IMG/VR virus record: IMGVR_UViG_3300020204_003072
Location: 62,001 to 126,000 of that record
Strand: one strand, 5' to 3'
From: an uncultured virus (IMG/VR IMGVR_UViG_3300020204_003072)
Taxonomy: Duplodnaviria > Heunggongvirae > Uroviricota > Caudoviricetes
DNA length: 64,000 nt
Shown here: piece after piece, positions 20,404 to 31,223 of the stretch
Numbering within the stretch: position 1 is the stretch's first letter
Layout: every line of letters starts with the position of its first letter
Made by a program: the position numbers and the translations under genes
Notes under the pieces: generated by a model
Told to the model about the DNA's origin: nothing
Databases searched by the model: none
Seen by the model: only the letters and a program-made list of their open reading frames with translations

Positions 20404-21379
20404 AGTCTTTTTTTAATTTGTTTAGCCAATAGTCTATCATTTCGTCTAACATCGTTTCAAATGTATAAGTTGGTTCCCAACCAGTTGTAGACTTTAGTTT
20501 TTTTGAATCGCCTTTCAAATCATTTAATTCTTCGGGTCTAAAAAATTTTTCATCTGTTGTAACGTATTTTTTCCAGTCCAATTCTAATTTATTAAATACA
20601 TACTCAACAAGTTCTTTTACAGAATGTGAAATTCCTGTTGAGCAAACAAAATCATCTGGTGTTTCTTGTTGTAATATTAACCACATAGCTTCAACGTAAT
20701 CTTTTGCATGCCCCCAATCTCTTGTTGCCTCTAAATTACCAAGTTTTAATTGATCAGATAAACCTAATTTAATTTTTACAGCTTCTTTACAAACTTTGTT
20801 TGTTACGAAATTTGTACCACGTCTTGGCGATTCGTGATTAAATAAAATACCATTTGATATAAACATATTGTAAGAATTTCTATAGTTTCTACAAATGTTA
20901 TATGAAAATACTTTTGCACATCCATAGGGTGATACCGGAGACATCGGTGTCGATTCTCTTTGATACCCATCATCATCAATGTTGTTTCCAAACATTTCAG
21001 AAGAAGACGCTTGGTATAATTTAATTGTTGGGTCAACAAGTTTAATAGCTTCTAACATATTTAGTGTTCCCATCCCAGTTGCGTTAGCCGTATATATCGG
21101 TTGGTCAAATGAAATTCTTACATGTGATTGTGCTGCCAAATTATATATTTCGTTTGGTTTTGTTTTTTGTATAACACTAATTAGAGATGATAAATCTGTT
21201 AAATCGCCGTAATGTAATTTTAATTGGTTATAAATATCATCAAGTCTTGATGTTTGGTTTTCTGAAACAGAATTTCTTTTTAATGTTCCGTGAACTTCAT
21301 ACCCTTTATTAAGTAAAAATTCCGCAAGATATGATCCGTCCTGACCATTTATTCCTGTTATAAGCGCTATTTTTTTCAT
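20375..21379 (-). CDS. gmd: GDP-mannose 4,6-dehydratase
   Basis: ALITGINGQDGSYLAE, AAQSHVRISF, SPYGCAK and RDWGHAKDYV motifs. Confidence 0.97.
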   Translation of the reverse strand: MKKIALITGINGQDGSYLAEFLLNKGYEVHGTLKRNSVSENQTSRLDDIYNQLKLHYGDLTDLSSLISVIQKTKPNEIYNLAAQSHVRISFDQPIYTANATGMGTLNMLEAIKLVDPTIKLYQASSSEMFGNNIDDDGYQRESTPMSPVSPYGCAKVFSYNICRNYRNSYNMFISNGILFNHESPRRGTNFVTNKVCKEAVKIKLGLSDQLKLGNLEATRDWGHAKDYVEAMWLILQQETPDDFVCSTGISHSVKELVEYVFNKLELDWKKYVTTDEKFFRPEELNDLKGDSKKLKSTTGWEPTYTFETMLDEMIDYWLNKLKKDYEQKESYTE

Positions 21380-21381
21380 TT

Positions 21382-22296
21382 TTATTTTCTTATAAGATTA
21401 TAGTTTTTTTCAAAATATTCAATAGTTTCTTTTAAACCATTATATATTGGTGTAAATTTGAAATTTGGTAAATAATTTTTAATTTTACTATTATCACTTG
21501 GTTTTCTAAATTGCCCATCTGGTTTTGATGAATCCCATTTTACGGAACCTTTAAAGTTCATAAGTTCAACAATAATTTCAACAACATCTTTAATTGCGAT
21601 TTCTTCTGAAGTTGATAAAATAATTGGTTCATTTTCGGTGTAGTTTTCTAGAACCCACTCTGTAAGTTTTGCAACGTCACGACTAAATATGAATTCTCTT
21701 AATGGTTTTCCAGAACCCCAAATTGTAAAATCAGTTTTGTTTTTTCTAGCCAGATAACATTTGTGAATTAATGATGGAATTACGTGTCCGTTTTCTATAT
21801 TGTAATTATCGTTTGGACCATATATGTTTGTTGGTATTACAGACTTATAATTTAAATCATATTGTTCTTTGTAAGCCCTAATTTGAATGTCCGACATTCT
21901 TTTAGAATAGGCATAAGCATCATTAGAAAAATGCGGTGGACCAAGATGTATTTTTTTTTCTGTTAATGGGTATTCAACATCGTTTGGAAAAACACAAGTC
22001 GACAAAAAAGCTACAAGGTTTTTAATTTTGTATTTTCTAGCTTGTTCAATAACATTAGTATTCATCATAATGTTATCGTAAAAAAACTCACCTTTGTATT
22101 TCATATTACTACCAACACCACCAACTTTAGCAGCACAATGTATTATACCATCAAAATTTGTTTGGTTAAAAAAATTATCAACATCTAAAGTATTTCTTAA
22201 ATCAACATTATTTGATGATATTTTTATATAATTTTCTTTAGTAAATTCAGACCCAACTAAACCATAACCACCAGTAATTAAAATTTTATTATTCAT
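21382..22296 (-). CDS. fcl: GDP-L-fucose synthase
   Basis: GGYGLVGS, HCAAKVGG, YAYSK, PTNIYGPNDN and HVIPSLI motifs. Confidence 0.93.
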   Translation of the reverse strand: MNNKILITGGYGLVGSEFTKENYIKISSNNVDLRNTLDVDNFFNQTNFDGIIHCAAKVGGVGSNMKYKGEFFYDNIMMNTNVIEQARKYKIKNLVAFLSTCVFPNDVEYPLTEKKIHLGPPHFSNDAYAYSKRMSDIQIRAYKEQYDLNYKSVIPTNIYGPNDNYNIENGHVIPSLIHKCYLARKNKTDFTIWGSGKPLREFIFSRDVAKLTEWVLENYTENEPIILSTSEEIAIKDVVEIIVELMNFKGSVKWDSSKPDGQFRKPSDNSKIKNYLPNFKFTPIYNGLKETIEYFEKNYNLIRK

Positions 22297-22902
22297 TTAA
22301 TTTATTCTTTTTTGCCAATTTTCCCAAACAAAGTCAAAATTGTAAGTTAATTTATGTGTTTTAAGTAATTTTTCTTGAAGTTCATTTCTTAAATTTTCTG
22401 CGTCTGGTATAAAATTATGAAACTGAACTTGTATGTCTGTAAAAATTTCTATCAGATTATTTTCAATAAGTGATTTTAATGTTTCGAATTCATCACCTTC
22501 AGTATTAATTTTTATTAAATCAATTTTTTCTATTTTATTTTCTGAAATAAAATCACAAATTGATTTTATTTGACATTCAATAATTTGTTTACCTACGTTT
22601 GAATGGAAACTACTACCATCTTCTGAATAATTTATATTTAATTTTTTAGTTTCATTTGATAAACCAAAATTAAATACTTTAATTTTTTCGTTACCTAAAA
22701 ATTTATTTTTAATTTGTTCTGACAAATGTGGTATTGGTTCAAAAACAAATATATTACATTTATATTTTTCCCATATTCTACTTGTCCAGTCACCAACGTA
22801 TCCACCTAAATCAAACACTATTGAATTTTCATCAAGTTGATAATCTAATCTTAACGTCGAATCTCCATTTGCCGCAAACCATTCATTAATTTGTTGTTTC
22901 AT
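22297..22902 (-). CDS. FkbM family methyltransferase
   Basis: VFDLGGYVG, FEP, IDLIKINTEG. Confidence 0.88.
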   Translation of the reverse strand: MKQQINEWFAANGDSTLRLDYQLDENSIVFDLGGYVGDWTSRIWEKYKCNIFVFEPIPHLSEQIKNKFLGNEKIKVFNFGLSNETKKLNINYSEDGSSFHSNVGKQIIECQIKSICDFISENKIEKIDLIKINTEGDEFETLKSLIENNLIEIFTDIQVQFHNFIPDAENLRNELQEKLLKTHKLTYNFDFVWENWQKRIN

Positions 22903-22904
22903 AT

Positions 22905-23753
22905 TTATTGTATTAAAAATTTGTAATTTTCATAAAGATAATTTTCAGATAAAATATATTTTTTTGATTCATCAAAATTATTTTTTATCCCAGTTTTGTA
23001 CAATTCAAAATCAATTTTTTGAATTTCATTTATAACTTCATTAATTTCTTCAAAAGAGTTTACTATTATCATCCCAGAAGTGTCAAAAACCTCGTCAATT
23101 TTTGGATCCCCCCAATAAATTGGTACAGTTCCTGTTACAAAACAATCTATTAATTTTTCTGTAAAATACCCAGGCACCCTTGAATTTTCAATTGTTACGT
23201 GAAATTTGTAATCTTTTAAAGCTGTTATTTTATTTTCAATGTAATTAAAGCCTCTACCAAAAATATCAATTGGTAAGTTTTCGTTTTTAATTTTATGTCT
23301 CAATTTATGTCCTTCTAATTGTGTTTTATTAGAAATCATCATTGATACTAATTTATTTTTTTGGTATTCACAAGACCAGTCCGAATCACTTACCCAACAA
23401 CCACCAGTAGGTAACCAAAGTGAGTTTGGAATTTTAGGTATAATTTCTTTATCGTGAGTTAATACATAGTCGTATTTTTTATAATTTGATTCTATCCAAT
23501 AATAGTTCATAGGTGAAAAAAACTTACATTCTAAAAGCCAAGCTATTTTTTTAATGGGTAGATTTATTATTGATTGATTCATAATGTTAGACTCTGTAAC
23601 AAACAATGTTTCGTTTTGATTAATGTTTGGTGACCTATCCCAATAAAGATATTGTGATTTTTGTAGTGGAGGTGTTGGGTTATTACTGTATTCACAATGT
23701 GAAAAGGCAGCATCAACAATTTTTAATTTTATTTTATTTAAATTTTGATCCAT
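22905..23753 (-). CDS. GT10-like (alpha-1,3-fucosyltransferase family) glycosyltransferase
   Basis: YKFHVTIENS...YFTEKL.DCF..GTVPIYWG motif; start taken at MDQNL. Confidence 0.85.
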   Translation of the reverse strand: MDQNLNKIKLKIVDAAFSHCEYSNNPTPPLQKSQYLYWDRSPNINQNETLFVTESNIMNQSIINLPIKKIAWLLECKFFSPMNYYWIESNYKKYDYVLTHDKEIIPKIPNSLWLPTGGCWVSDSDWSCEYQKNKLVSMMISNKTQLEGHKLRHKIKNENLPIDIFGRGFNYIENKITALKDYKFHVTIENSRVPGYFTEKLIDCFVTGTVPIYWGDPKIDEVFDTSGMIIVNSFEEINEVINEIQKIDFELYKTGIKNNFDESKKYILSENYLYENYKFLIQ

Positions 23754-24505
23754 TCTTCTAATAATAAATCTTTTATTTCGTGTTTTATTGCTGAACCAAA
23801 CCATCTACTTGGTGCCACAACAATCTTTTCATTGTTATTATTTAACCAGGCACCCCACCAAGAAAATGTAGAATTTGCAATTATATTATTTTTGCACATA
23901 GACATTAACCATAATTCAATATAGTCAGGGTTACCATCTATGTAAATTATTTTATTTTTATAATTTTTAAAACTTTCTTTACACCAATTAATATCGTCAG
24001 AAAAAATTAATAAGTTTTCTGGTTTTATAATATCAATTGCTTTATGATAGTATGACATTTCACATATTGGGTGATGTAATGGTAAATTTTTATAATCGCC
24101 ACGTCTTATATGTAACGATGTAGAATTTAAAAAATCAATATCTTTGTATTTTTCATTAATGTACTTTAATGAATTTTTGTCAATAGAAAATAAATCTAGA
24201 ATTTTATTTCTATTATTTTTGAAGTATCTTTCACTCTGGAAATAACCATTCAATAAAAGATTTTTTATGTGTGGTATTTTTTCATACGTAAAGCTTGTTT
24301 CGTTGTAAAAAAAATCAGGTTTTACTTGTCCAAATTTTAAATCTCTAAAAATATTCGGTATGTACGTTTCTATTTTTTTATGTCCGATTTTACTTGTTTG
24401 TATATCAAAAACACATTCATCATTATTATCTAAAGCTAAAGAATATGCCGCAGAAATCTGAAACATAAAATTACCCAAACCGCCGGCTAAATTTGTGCTA
24501 ACCAT
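23738..24505 (-). CDS. GT11 alpha-1,2-fucosyltransferase
   Basis: GGLGNFMFQ, GYFQSE, SLHIRRGDY and NSTFSWWGAWL motifs. Confidence 0.93.
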   Translation of the reverse strand: MVSTNLAGGLGNFMFQISAAYSLALDNNDECVFDIQTSKIGHKKIETYIPNIFRDLKFGQVKPDFFYNETSFTYEKIPHIKNLLLNGYFQSERYFKNNRNKILDLFSIDKNSLKYINEKYKDIDFLNSTSLHIRRGDYKNLPLHHPICEMSYYHKAIDIIKPENLLIFSDDINWCKESFKNYKNKIIYIDGNPDYIELWLMSMCKNNIIANSTFSWWGAWLNNNNEKIVVAPSRWFGSAIKHEIKDLLLEEWIKI

Positions 24506-24506
24506 T

Positions 24507-25136
24507 TTATTCGTAAATAATTAAATCCCACTCACTATTATTTTTTTCAAAAATTTTAATATATTCGTAATTTACATATTTTGGGTTGTAATACCAATCT
24601 TCATAAGGAAAATTATTACTACAAACGTCAGAAGAAATTAATTCATAACCCATTTGTTTAAATATTTTTCTGGATTCTTTTCGGTATTGATCTCCAAACC
24701 TATATTTGTCATGTTCATAAGTTATAACAGAAAATTCTATTTTATCAAATGGAATTGCTTTTAGACATTCTAGTGTTACATTTGCTGGCTCTAAATCTAG
24801 AGATAAATAATCAATATGATTACTATTATAATAACTTAAAACTTCTTCAAAGTCTAAAGAAGTACAATCTCTTGTTATTGATTTAGTATTTCTATGACTT
24901 GGGTATTTTGATGTTAAACTTTCGTCAATGTCAATTGACAACCCATCCCAACCAAAATCTTTTTCAAGTAAATAGGTGTTGTTTATATGAGTTGGGTGAG
25001 CACAACCTAAATCCAAAAAAGTACCATTTTTTTTCCCTTTCAAACAAGAAAGTACAAACAAATCTTGTGCTGCCTGACTATAGTTATTTTCTATTTTGTC
25101 GTAATCTGTAAATGGTAATTTAAGATTTTTTTTCAT
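24507..25136 (-). CDS. FkbM-like methyltransferase
   Basis: YSQAAQD, FLDLGC, NNTYLLE, IDYLSLD. Confidence 0.8.
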   Translation of the reverse strand: MKKNLKLPFTDYDKIENNYSQAAQDLFVLSCLKGKKNGTFLDLGCAHPTHINNTYLLEKDFGWDGLSIDIDESLTSKYPSHRNTKSITRDCTSLDFEEVLSYYNSNHIDYLSLDLEPANVTLECLKAIPFDKIEFSVITYEHDKYRFGDQYRKESRKIFKQMGYELISSDVCSNNFPYEDWYYNPKYVNYEYIKIFEKNNSEWDLIIYE

Positions 25137-25139
25137 TTT

Positions 25140-25763
25140 TTAAATGTTGAAATTTTTATTTTTGTATATGTAATCACAACCTAAAGTAGTAATCTTTTCA
25201 AAATTTTTCGATTCTAAATAATTAGATATAAAATCTGAATTGTGATTTACTTCGATTGAAATCAAATTTATTTGATTTTTATTAAAATCAATAGTTTCTA
25301 AAATTTTCATTTCTGAACCTTCAACATCTAAACTCATGTAATCTATATTTTTTGGTAGATTTAATTCGTCAAAAGTTATAGTTTCTGTTGTTATAATTTT
25401 TTTATTACCTCCCATCATTCTTAATTCATTTTCTATTCTTAATAAATGTGCTGGATTGTAATTTTCTAATAAACCACTCAACATTTCGGTATAACCCTCA
25501 AGTAATAGAAAATTTTCAGTACCCTTTTTATTCGATAGAGCACAATTAAATAATTTACAGTTTCTATTTTCTTTTAATTTATTGAACACGTTTGGTATCG
25601 GTTCTATACAAACCCCATCCCAACCCAATTTTTCAAAAAAGTAAGTATTACTTAAAGTTATACCGTCGTGTGCTCCTATATCTAAATAAAACCCATTATT
25701 TTTTTCTTTAAAAAAGTTTTCAAATAAAAACTTATCTTGACCATATTGTGAATAAAATTCCAT
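25140..25763 (-). CDS. FkbM family methyltransferase
   Basis: YSQYGQD, LDIGAHDG..SNT, DYMSLDVEGSE. Confidence 0.9.
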   Translation of the reverse strand: MEFYSQYGQDKFLFENFFKEKNNGFYLDIGAHDGITLSNTYFFEKLGWDGVCIEPIPNVFNKLKENRNCKLFNCALSNKKGTENFLLLEGYTEMLSGLLENYNPAHLLRIENELRMMGGNKKIITTETITFDELNLPKNIDYMSLDVEGSEMKILETIDFNKNQINLISIEVNHNSDFISNYLESKNFEKITTLGCDYIYKNKNFNI

Positions 25764-25775
25764 AAATATATTTTT

Positions 25776-26405
25776 TTAATTTAAAATGTATAGTGTGTCG
25801 TATTCAAATCTTTCTTTTATAGAATAACCAAGTGAAAACAAAAGGTTATCTAAATCATCTCTACTCAATGAATTTTCATATGAATCATACTCAAAGGTTT
25901 CGCAATAAATTATTTTTGGTTTTATTCTTTCACCCATACCTTTTATTGCGTAATATTCTGCCCCTTGTATGTCCATGTGAATGAAGTCCACATTATCAAT
26001 GTCATTTTCCTCACAAAAATATTCAATAGTAACTGTTTCAACATCAATTCCTTCTCTATTATATATTAACCCTGGATGGATAGTTACACCTTCTTCTTTT
26101 GTTGGTTGTAATATAGAACCAGAACAAGTCCATTCCATTCCGTTCAATGTTTCAGAATTGTAAAATTTTGTTTTACCTACTTTATCAGATATTGCCAAAT
26201 TAAAAACCTGAATATTGTGATTTATTGCATTAGTTCCAAATTTTTCACAGTTGTTTTTGTATGCTTCAAAAGCGTAAACCGTTGCACTTGGAAAATTTAT
26301 CTTTATGTTTATACTGTCGTTAAAGTTATGTGCCCCAATGTCAAATATTATAGGCGTTTCTTTGTTAATAAAAGTTTTTGCCCATTGATAATTAATTCCA
26401 CTCAT
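25776..26405 (-). CDS. FkbM family methyltransferase
   Basis: IFDIGAH, YAFEA, DFIHMDIQGAE. Confidence 0.9.
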   Translation of the reverse strand: MSGINYQWAKTFINKETPIIFDIGAHNFNDSINIKINFPSATVYAFEAYKNNCEKFGTNAINHNIQVFNLAISDKVGKTKFYNSETLNGMEWTCSGSILQPTKEEGVTIHPGLIYNREGIDVETVTIEYFCEENDIDNVDFIHMDIQGAEYYAIKGMGERIKPKIIYCETFEYDSYENSLSRDDLDNLLFSLGYSIKERFEYDTLYILN

Positions 26406-26429
26406 AATAATTTTATTTTTTTTATTTTT

Positions 26430-27191
26430 TTATTTTATCCAATTCCAAGTTTTTATATGTTCTGTCAATTGTTCTTTAGACATTGACATAACTTTTCTGT
26501 ATTCATTACCATTATGGTTATACATTGGATTTGACCCTGAACTATTGTGTGTTCTATAATGTGTTAAATGATATAACACACCTGGTGTTCTATAAATTTT
26601 GTACCCCATCTTTTCTATACGACCAACTCTTTCCCAATCCTCATGTCCCCATGAAATAAAATTTTCATTTTCCAGTCCAATTTTTGTGTAAGCGTCTTTA
26701 TTAAAAAATATAGCACCCCCCATTGAATTAGGATTAAATAGTGTACAATCATTCAAATCAATTTCATTGAATTTATTTTCAGTTAATAAACTAAAAAATC
26801 TTTGGGGTATATCATAAAACTTACCTCCATATGGAAAAACAAAATCAACTCCCGTGTTTAATGCAAATCTTGTTGCTAAATACTGTTCTATTGTAAATAA
26901 TACATCAACATCATAGTTTGCGATAATATTTGTTTTACACAATTTTGTCATGTCATTTAACATTTTTGTCCTATGAAATAGGTTACTTTCATGCTCTTCA
27001 AAAACGTAATGAATTTTTTTTGATATGTTTTTTACAAAACTTTCGTTTGAGGTTTTGTCAGATTCCATAACAATTATATTTGTGTCAAAATTTTTTTCTA
27101 AAAAATTTATTGTAACAGCAAAATTTCTTTTTCTATCTTCACTATCAAACCGTATTGGTATAATAAATGTTACGTCTTTAAAATCTATCAT
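26430..27191 (-). CDS. GT-A glycosyltransferase with GT7-like C-terminus
   Basis: YDVD DxD motif; GGA...GLENENFISWGHED. Confidence 0.8.
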   Translation of the reverse strand: MIDFKDVTFIIPIRFDSEDRKRNFAVTINFLEKNFDTNIIVMESDKTSNESFVKNISKKIHYVFEEHESNLFHRTKMLNDMTKLCKTNIIANYDVDVLFTIEQYLATRFALNTGVDFVFPYGGKFYDIPQRFFSLLTENKFNEIDLNDCTLFNPNSMGGAIFFNKDAYTKIGLENENFISWGHEDWERVGRIEKMGYKIYRTPGVLYHLTHYRTHNSSGSNPMYNHNGNEYRKVMSMSKEQLTEHIKTWNWIK

Positions 27192-27192
27192 A

Positions 27193-28716
27193 TTATCTTT
27201 TATTATACATAAAATTTATTGTATTGTAAACAAATTCTGGTGACATTGTAGGAGTTTCCGTTGGTGTCATCCCATGTTTTTTTCTATAGTGTTCGGTTCC
27301 TCTTTTAAAATTATCATTCCATTCAGGTGTCCTTGCAATTGTACTTTCTTGAATTGAATTTGGAATATCAGTCAAAAACTTCCAACTATCTTCAATGTCG
27401 GCAAAATACCAGAAAGGTGGGTGGAATTTATTTTTAATTGCCTGGTATGTGTGTTCTACGTGTTCCCATGCGTTTTTAAACATTGGGTCAAACAGACCAA
27501 TTTTATCTAAAACTGACTTGTGATAATAAGAAAATGCACCAACACAGTTTGGATATAAAACAATTTTAATACCATCTGGATATGGAATAACCATTCTTGG
27601 ATTTGGCTCACCGTCAACGTCTTTCCTATCTTCAAGTGTTGTAAACCCAGTAGAACCTTTTTTATTTGCGGGTCCGTGAAGAGCAAAATTTAAGTGTTTT
27701 ATACCAGATAATACTGAATGTTTTATATATTCTTCAAATACCTTTTCATCTTTAATTAAAATATCATCTTCCATTAAAAATATATGTTCACAACCTTGCT
27801 CTAAAAGATATTTCATTGCGGTATTTTTTGCAGCACCAACACATTGGTTTTTTTCGTGTTGGATTATGTGTGCTTGTTCTGGGTACGAAGAACTATCGTA
27901 TGGTGTACCATCATTTACAATAACAAAATTTTTCATCCATTTTGGTACAGTAAATGCCGATTGTTTTATCCTATGCTCAGCTTTATATGTGGTCATGCCA
28001 ATACCAACCTTAGATATATCAAGAATCATCTTTTCTTCTAAAGTTTTATTACTTGTTAATCTAACTGGTATTACTTCTTTATACTTTTCTTCAAACTTAA
28101 TTTTATTTTTTTCCCACTGTTCATTTGTTTGACCTATAGACATATGTGTTACACGAATTTGTGTTGTAACAGCAAGCCTAACATTATTCAAATAGTTTTC
28201 AAGACAAAAAGGAATTTCATAAAAATGAAATCCTTCAAATGATTCATCAAACCTTCTTTGAATCTTTTTCTTATCAACAGCAAAAAATAATCCATCAAGA
28301 ACAACAACTTCTTTTAGTTTATTTCCCTGGTCTTGAGAATATGTATTGGTCCACTTTTTTCCTTCGTGTTTGTGTGAAACAATACCAGTCATAGATTCTT
28401 TTAGTGTCCACCAACGACCATCAATTAAATCAGTTGTTCCAGCAATACCAATAATACCATACTCTGGATTTTTATTAAAAAGTTTTAATAATTTTTCACC
28501 CCAGTTATTTGTGTCAAATTCAATATCATCGTGACAAAAAACAACAATATTATTTTTTGCTTCATTTAATATTTCATTATAAACTTGAGCAAGACCCTTT
28601 TCACCATTATTAACCTTTTCAATAACTTCAATTTTCTTTCCACCACCACAAGCTTTTTTGTAATATTCTATTAGTGTTGGATTATGTTTTCTTGTTGAGT
28701 ATCCTATTGTAATCAT
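27193..28716 (-). CDS. Two-domain GT2-like glycosyltransferase
   Basis: FCHDDI in the first domain; IVNDG...KN....L...HIFLMEDD in the second. Confidence 0.8.
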   Translation of the reverse strand: MITIGYSTRKHNPTLIEYYKKACGGGKKIEVIEKVNNGEKGLAQVYNEILNEAKNNIVVFCHDDIEFDTNNWGEKLLKLFNKNPEYGIIGIAGTTDLIDGRWWTLKESMTGIVSHKHEGKKWTNTYSQDQGNKLKEVVVLDGLFFAVDKKKIQRRFDESFEGFHFYEIPFCLENYLNNVRLAVTTQIRVTHMSIGQTNEQWEKNKIKFEEKYKEVIPVRLTSNKTLEEKMILDISKVGIGMTTYKAEHRIKQSAFTVPKWMKNFVIVNDGTPYDSSSYPEQAHIIQHEKNQCVGAAKNTAMKYLLEQGCEHIFLMEDDILIKDEKVFEEYIKHSVLSGIKHLNFALHGPANKKGSTGFTTLEDRKDVDGEPNPRMVIPYPDGIKIVLYPNCVGAFSYYHKSVLDKIGLFDPMFKNAWEHVEHTYQAIKNKFHPPFWYFADIEDSWKFLTDIPNSIQESTIARTPEWNDNFKRGTEHYRKKHGMTPTETPTMSPEFVYNTINFMYNKR

Positions 28717-29276
28717 ATTCCCGTACTTCCAAATCCTTTATCAGACCTATCTTTGTCTTCAACGCTTTTAACTTCTTTTATTTTAACCCACCTTCCGCTA
28801 ACAACAGGACATAAAACGCCTTGAGCAATTTTTTGACCTTTTTCTATTTTAATTTTACCATTTGTTGTGTTAAATAATATTACTTTGATTTCACCGGTAT
28901 ATCCTTGATCTACAGTTCCTGGTGAATTTAAAACCATAAGTCCCTGTTTTAAAGCAAGACCGCTTTTAGACCTAACCTGAATTTCGTAGTTTTCAGGAAT
29001 ATCCAAACGTAAACCAGTTGGAACTAAAGCTCTACCAAAAGGTTCAATATAGATTTCTTCAGTTGAATGTAAGTCAAAACCAGAATCTGAAGGGTATGCG
29101 TAATTTGGCGTAACAACTTCATCAGTTTCTTTTGAAAACCTTAAATCTATTGTTGGTTGATAAACACCAAGTTCTTTTTCAAGGGTTTCAACATCTATTC
29201 CAAATTCATTTAATATTTTATTGTAATCAATATCTGCGATTGAATCGTCAAACAAATTTTCTATATTATCACTCAT
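28713..29276 (-). CDS. dut: Trimeric dUTPase
   Basis: SGFDL, RSKSGLA, GTVDQGYTGEI and RSDKGFGSTG motifs. Confidence 0.95.
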   Translation of the reverse strand: MSDNIENLFDDSIADIDYNKILNEFGIDVETLEKELGVYQPTIDLRFSKETDEVVTPNYAYPSDSGFDLHSTEEIYIEPFGRALVPTGLRLDIPENYEIQVRSKSGLALKQGLMVLNSPGTVDQGYTGEIKVILFNTTNGKIKIEKGQKIAQGVLCPVVSGRWVKIKEVKSVEDKDRSDKGFGSTGI

Positions 29277-29974
29277 TCTAAACTTTTTAATTTCATTATT
29301 GCTTCAATTAAAACATCCACATCTTTTTCACAATATTCTGTGATTTCTTTCATTTTTTGTTCTTCCCAATATGCTTTGTGTACTGAATCTCCAGTTATTT
29401 CACCATCCTTTGGTGTTGGTATATCTAAACAAGAACATAATAAATCTAATGAACCAATTGATGTGTAAGAACCATATTGCCAAATTTCTTTTGTATCAAT
29501 TGCTTTTATTTCCCAAGGTTTTGTATCATAAGATGGTAAAATTTTTGAAGGACGAATCCCATTTATAATCATTCGTTTTGCTGTCATTGGGATGTCAAAA
29601 TTTTTTAAATTATGTCCACAAAGATAGAATCCAAGTTTTTCACATCTATCAAGTAATGTTCTTACTTCTTTTAATAATTTTTTTTCATCTTCACCAGAAA
29701 AAGATTGTTTTTTTGTTTCGCCATTTTCTAAAACAAATGCAACTGATACACAAACAATTTTTGCAAACTCTGGTACAAGAGCTGCTCGTTTTTTAAAAAC
29801 TTCATCTTTTGATAATCCCAAATCTTCTGGAAATCGTTTTAAAAACCAATCAAAATATTTATCAAATTGATTTGCAATTTCTGGACTAAACTTTTGACAA
29901 GATTCATAATCCGGACAACCACCAACGGTTTCAATATCCAAGAATAATATTTTTGTTATAGGTATGTTTATCAT
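29273..29974 (-). CDS. PolB-type DEDD 3'-5' exonuclease
   Basis: LDIET, GHNLKNFDIP, YCEKDV. Confidence 0.88.
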   Translation of the reverse strand: MINIPITKILFLDIETVGGCPDYESCQKFSPEIANQFDKYFDWFLKRFPEDLGLSKDEVFKKRAALVPEFAKIVCVSVAFVLENGETKKQSFSGEDEKKLLKEVRTLLDRCEKLGFYLCGHNLKNFDIPMTAKRMIINGIRPSKILPSYDTKPWEIKAIDTKEIWQYGSYTSIGSLDLLCSCLDIPTPKDGEITGDSVHKAYWEEQKMKEITEYCEKDVDVLIEAIMKLKSLE

Positions 29975-29975
29975 T

Positions 29976-31223
29976 TTATTTAATTAAAGATTTGTAAAAT
30001 TGTGCTCTTGTTTCTGTCACTCGGTTTAAATCATATTTGTCTTTAACTGTTTCATATAGTCTTTCACCAAGATCTGTAATCATATTTGGGTTTTCAACTA
30101 ACTTTTTAATATTTTTTGCCCAATCACTATGATTATTATTTTCATTTACAAGTAATGCGTTTCCATCTGTAAATTGTCCATTTTTAAGTGCATGTTTTAA
30201 ATCAATAGTATATGGACCAACATTAGAAGCAATTAAAGCTTTTTTATAAAAACCAGCTTCAATAACTTTAAGTTGAGACTTCATTCTGTTAAAAATATGG
30301 TTTTTAATTGGTGCTAAAGAAATATCAAATTTAGAATAGTTTTTTGCATAACTTGTAACTGGTCTTGTCCAAACCCTTACATAGTTCTCATCTAAAACAC
30401 CAGGATAATCATTTTCTGTAAATGTATCTAAATAATCTTTATATTTTGGTGTTATAATTTTATAGTTGTCCGTAAAAATTTGTTCGTATTTAACCCAAAC
30501 AGTTTCTTCTGGTTTTATTGATCTTTGTGTTTTTTGTCCTGTTTGTTGGTTAATTTCTGTTACAGTACCACGAATATCAAAACCACAAACGTAATATTGT
30601 AACTTGTCTTGAATCGTTGATAGTTTTGAAACCATACCATTTAAAAGTTGTAAATCGTGTAGGTGTGAAGAACCACCTAACCAACCAATTCTAATTTTAT
30701 CAGACTTTGGTGTTTGTTCATTAAATTGCGGGTCAGCTGGGTCAACAGCATTTGGTAATACAATAACATTTTTGTTGAACTTTCTAATTTCATTTGCAAA
30801 TAATTCTGTGGTTGTAATAACATAATCAGAAACTTTTAAATTTGCAATAATTTTTTCGTGTAATTTATTTTGAATTATTAATTGATGTATTGGGTGTTCT
30901 TTTGTTGGTAACCAATAATCATCAATGTCTGCAATAACAATAATACCCAATGACCTTAACATTTTAATAATGTTTGTACAATTATCGTAATCGGTACCAA
31001 TACTTCTATGGAAATGAACAATTTGATATTTTTTCCAGTAATTTATATCATTTATTTTTGGTTCGTAATCTATATCCACATGGAATTCATCTGGATACAT
31101 ATTTTGTAATTTAACGTGGGGGTCAACTGATCGGAATTTACCTCAGCCAACCCCCGACTGGTCACTTGGGAGAACCAATACTCTGATTCTTTCACGACCA
31201 TTCAAGGGGCTATTTTCTGTCAT
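29976..31223 (-). CDS. GT-B/GT4-like glycosyltransferase with an in-frame TGA at codon 27 (candidate ribosomal bypass)
   Basis: ATG at 31223 gives MTENSPLNGRERIRVLVLPSDQSGVG*GKFRSVDPHVKLQN, in frame with the 374 aa ORF (IADIDDYW, IGWLGGSSH, KSQLKVIEAG). Confidence 0.8.
31118..31155 (-). other. mRNA hairpin enclosing the in-frame UGA
   Basis: GGGGGUUGGCUGA pairs with UCAGUUGACCCCC (13 bp, three G-U) around a 12-nt loop. Confidence 0.8.

Noticed and set aside
31143..31145. Selenocysteine at the in-frame UGA
   Set aside because: Not a redox motif, no sel genes in the window, and insertion would leave two extra residues in the Gly loop. Disfavoured, though not formally excluded.
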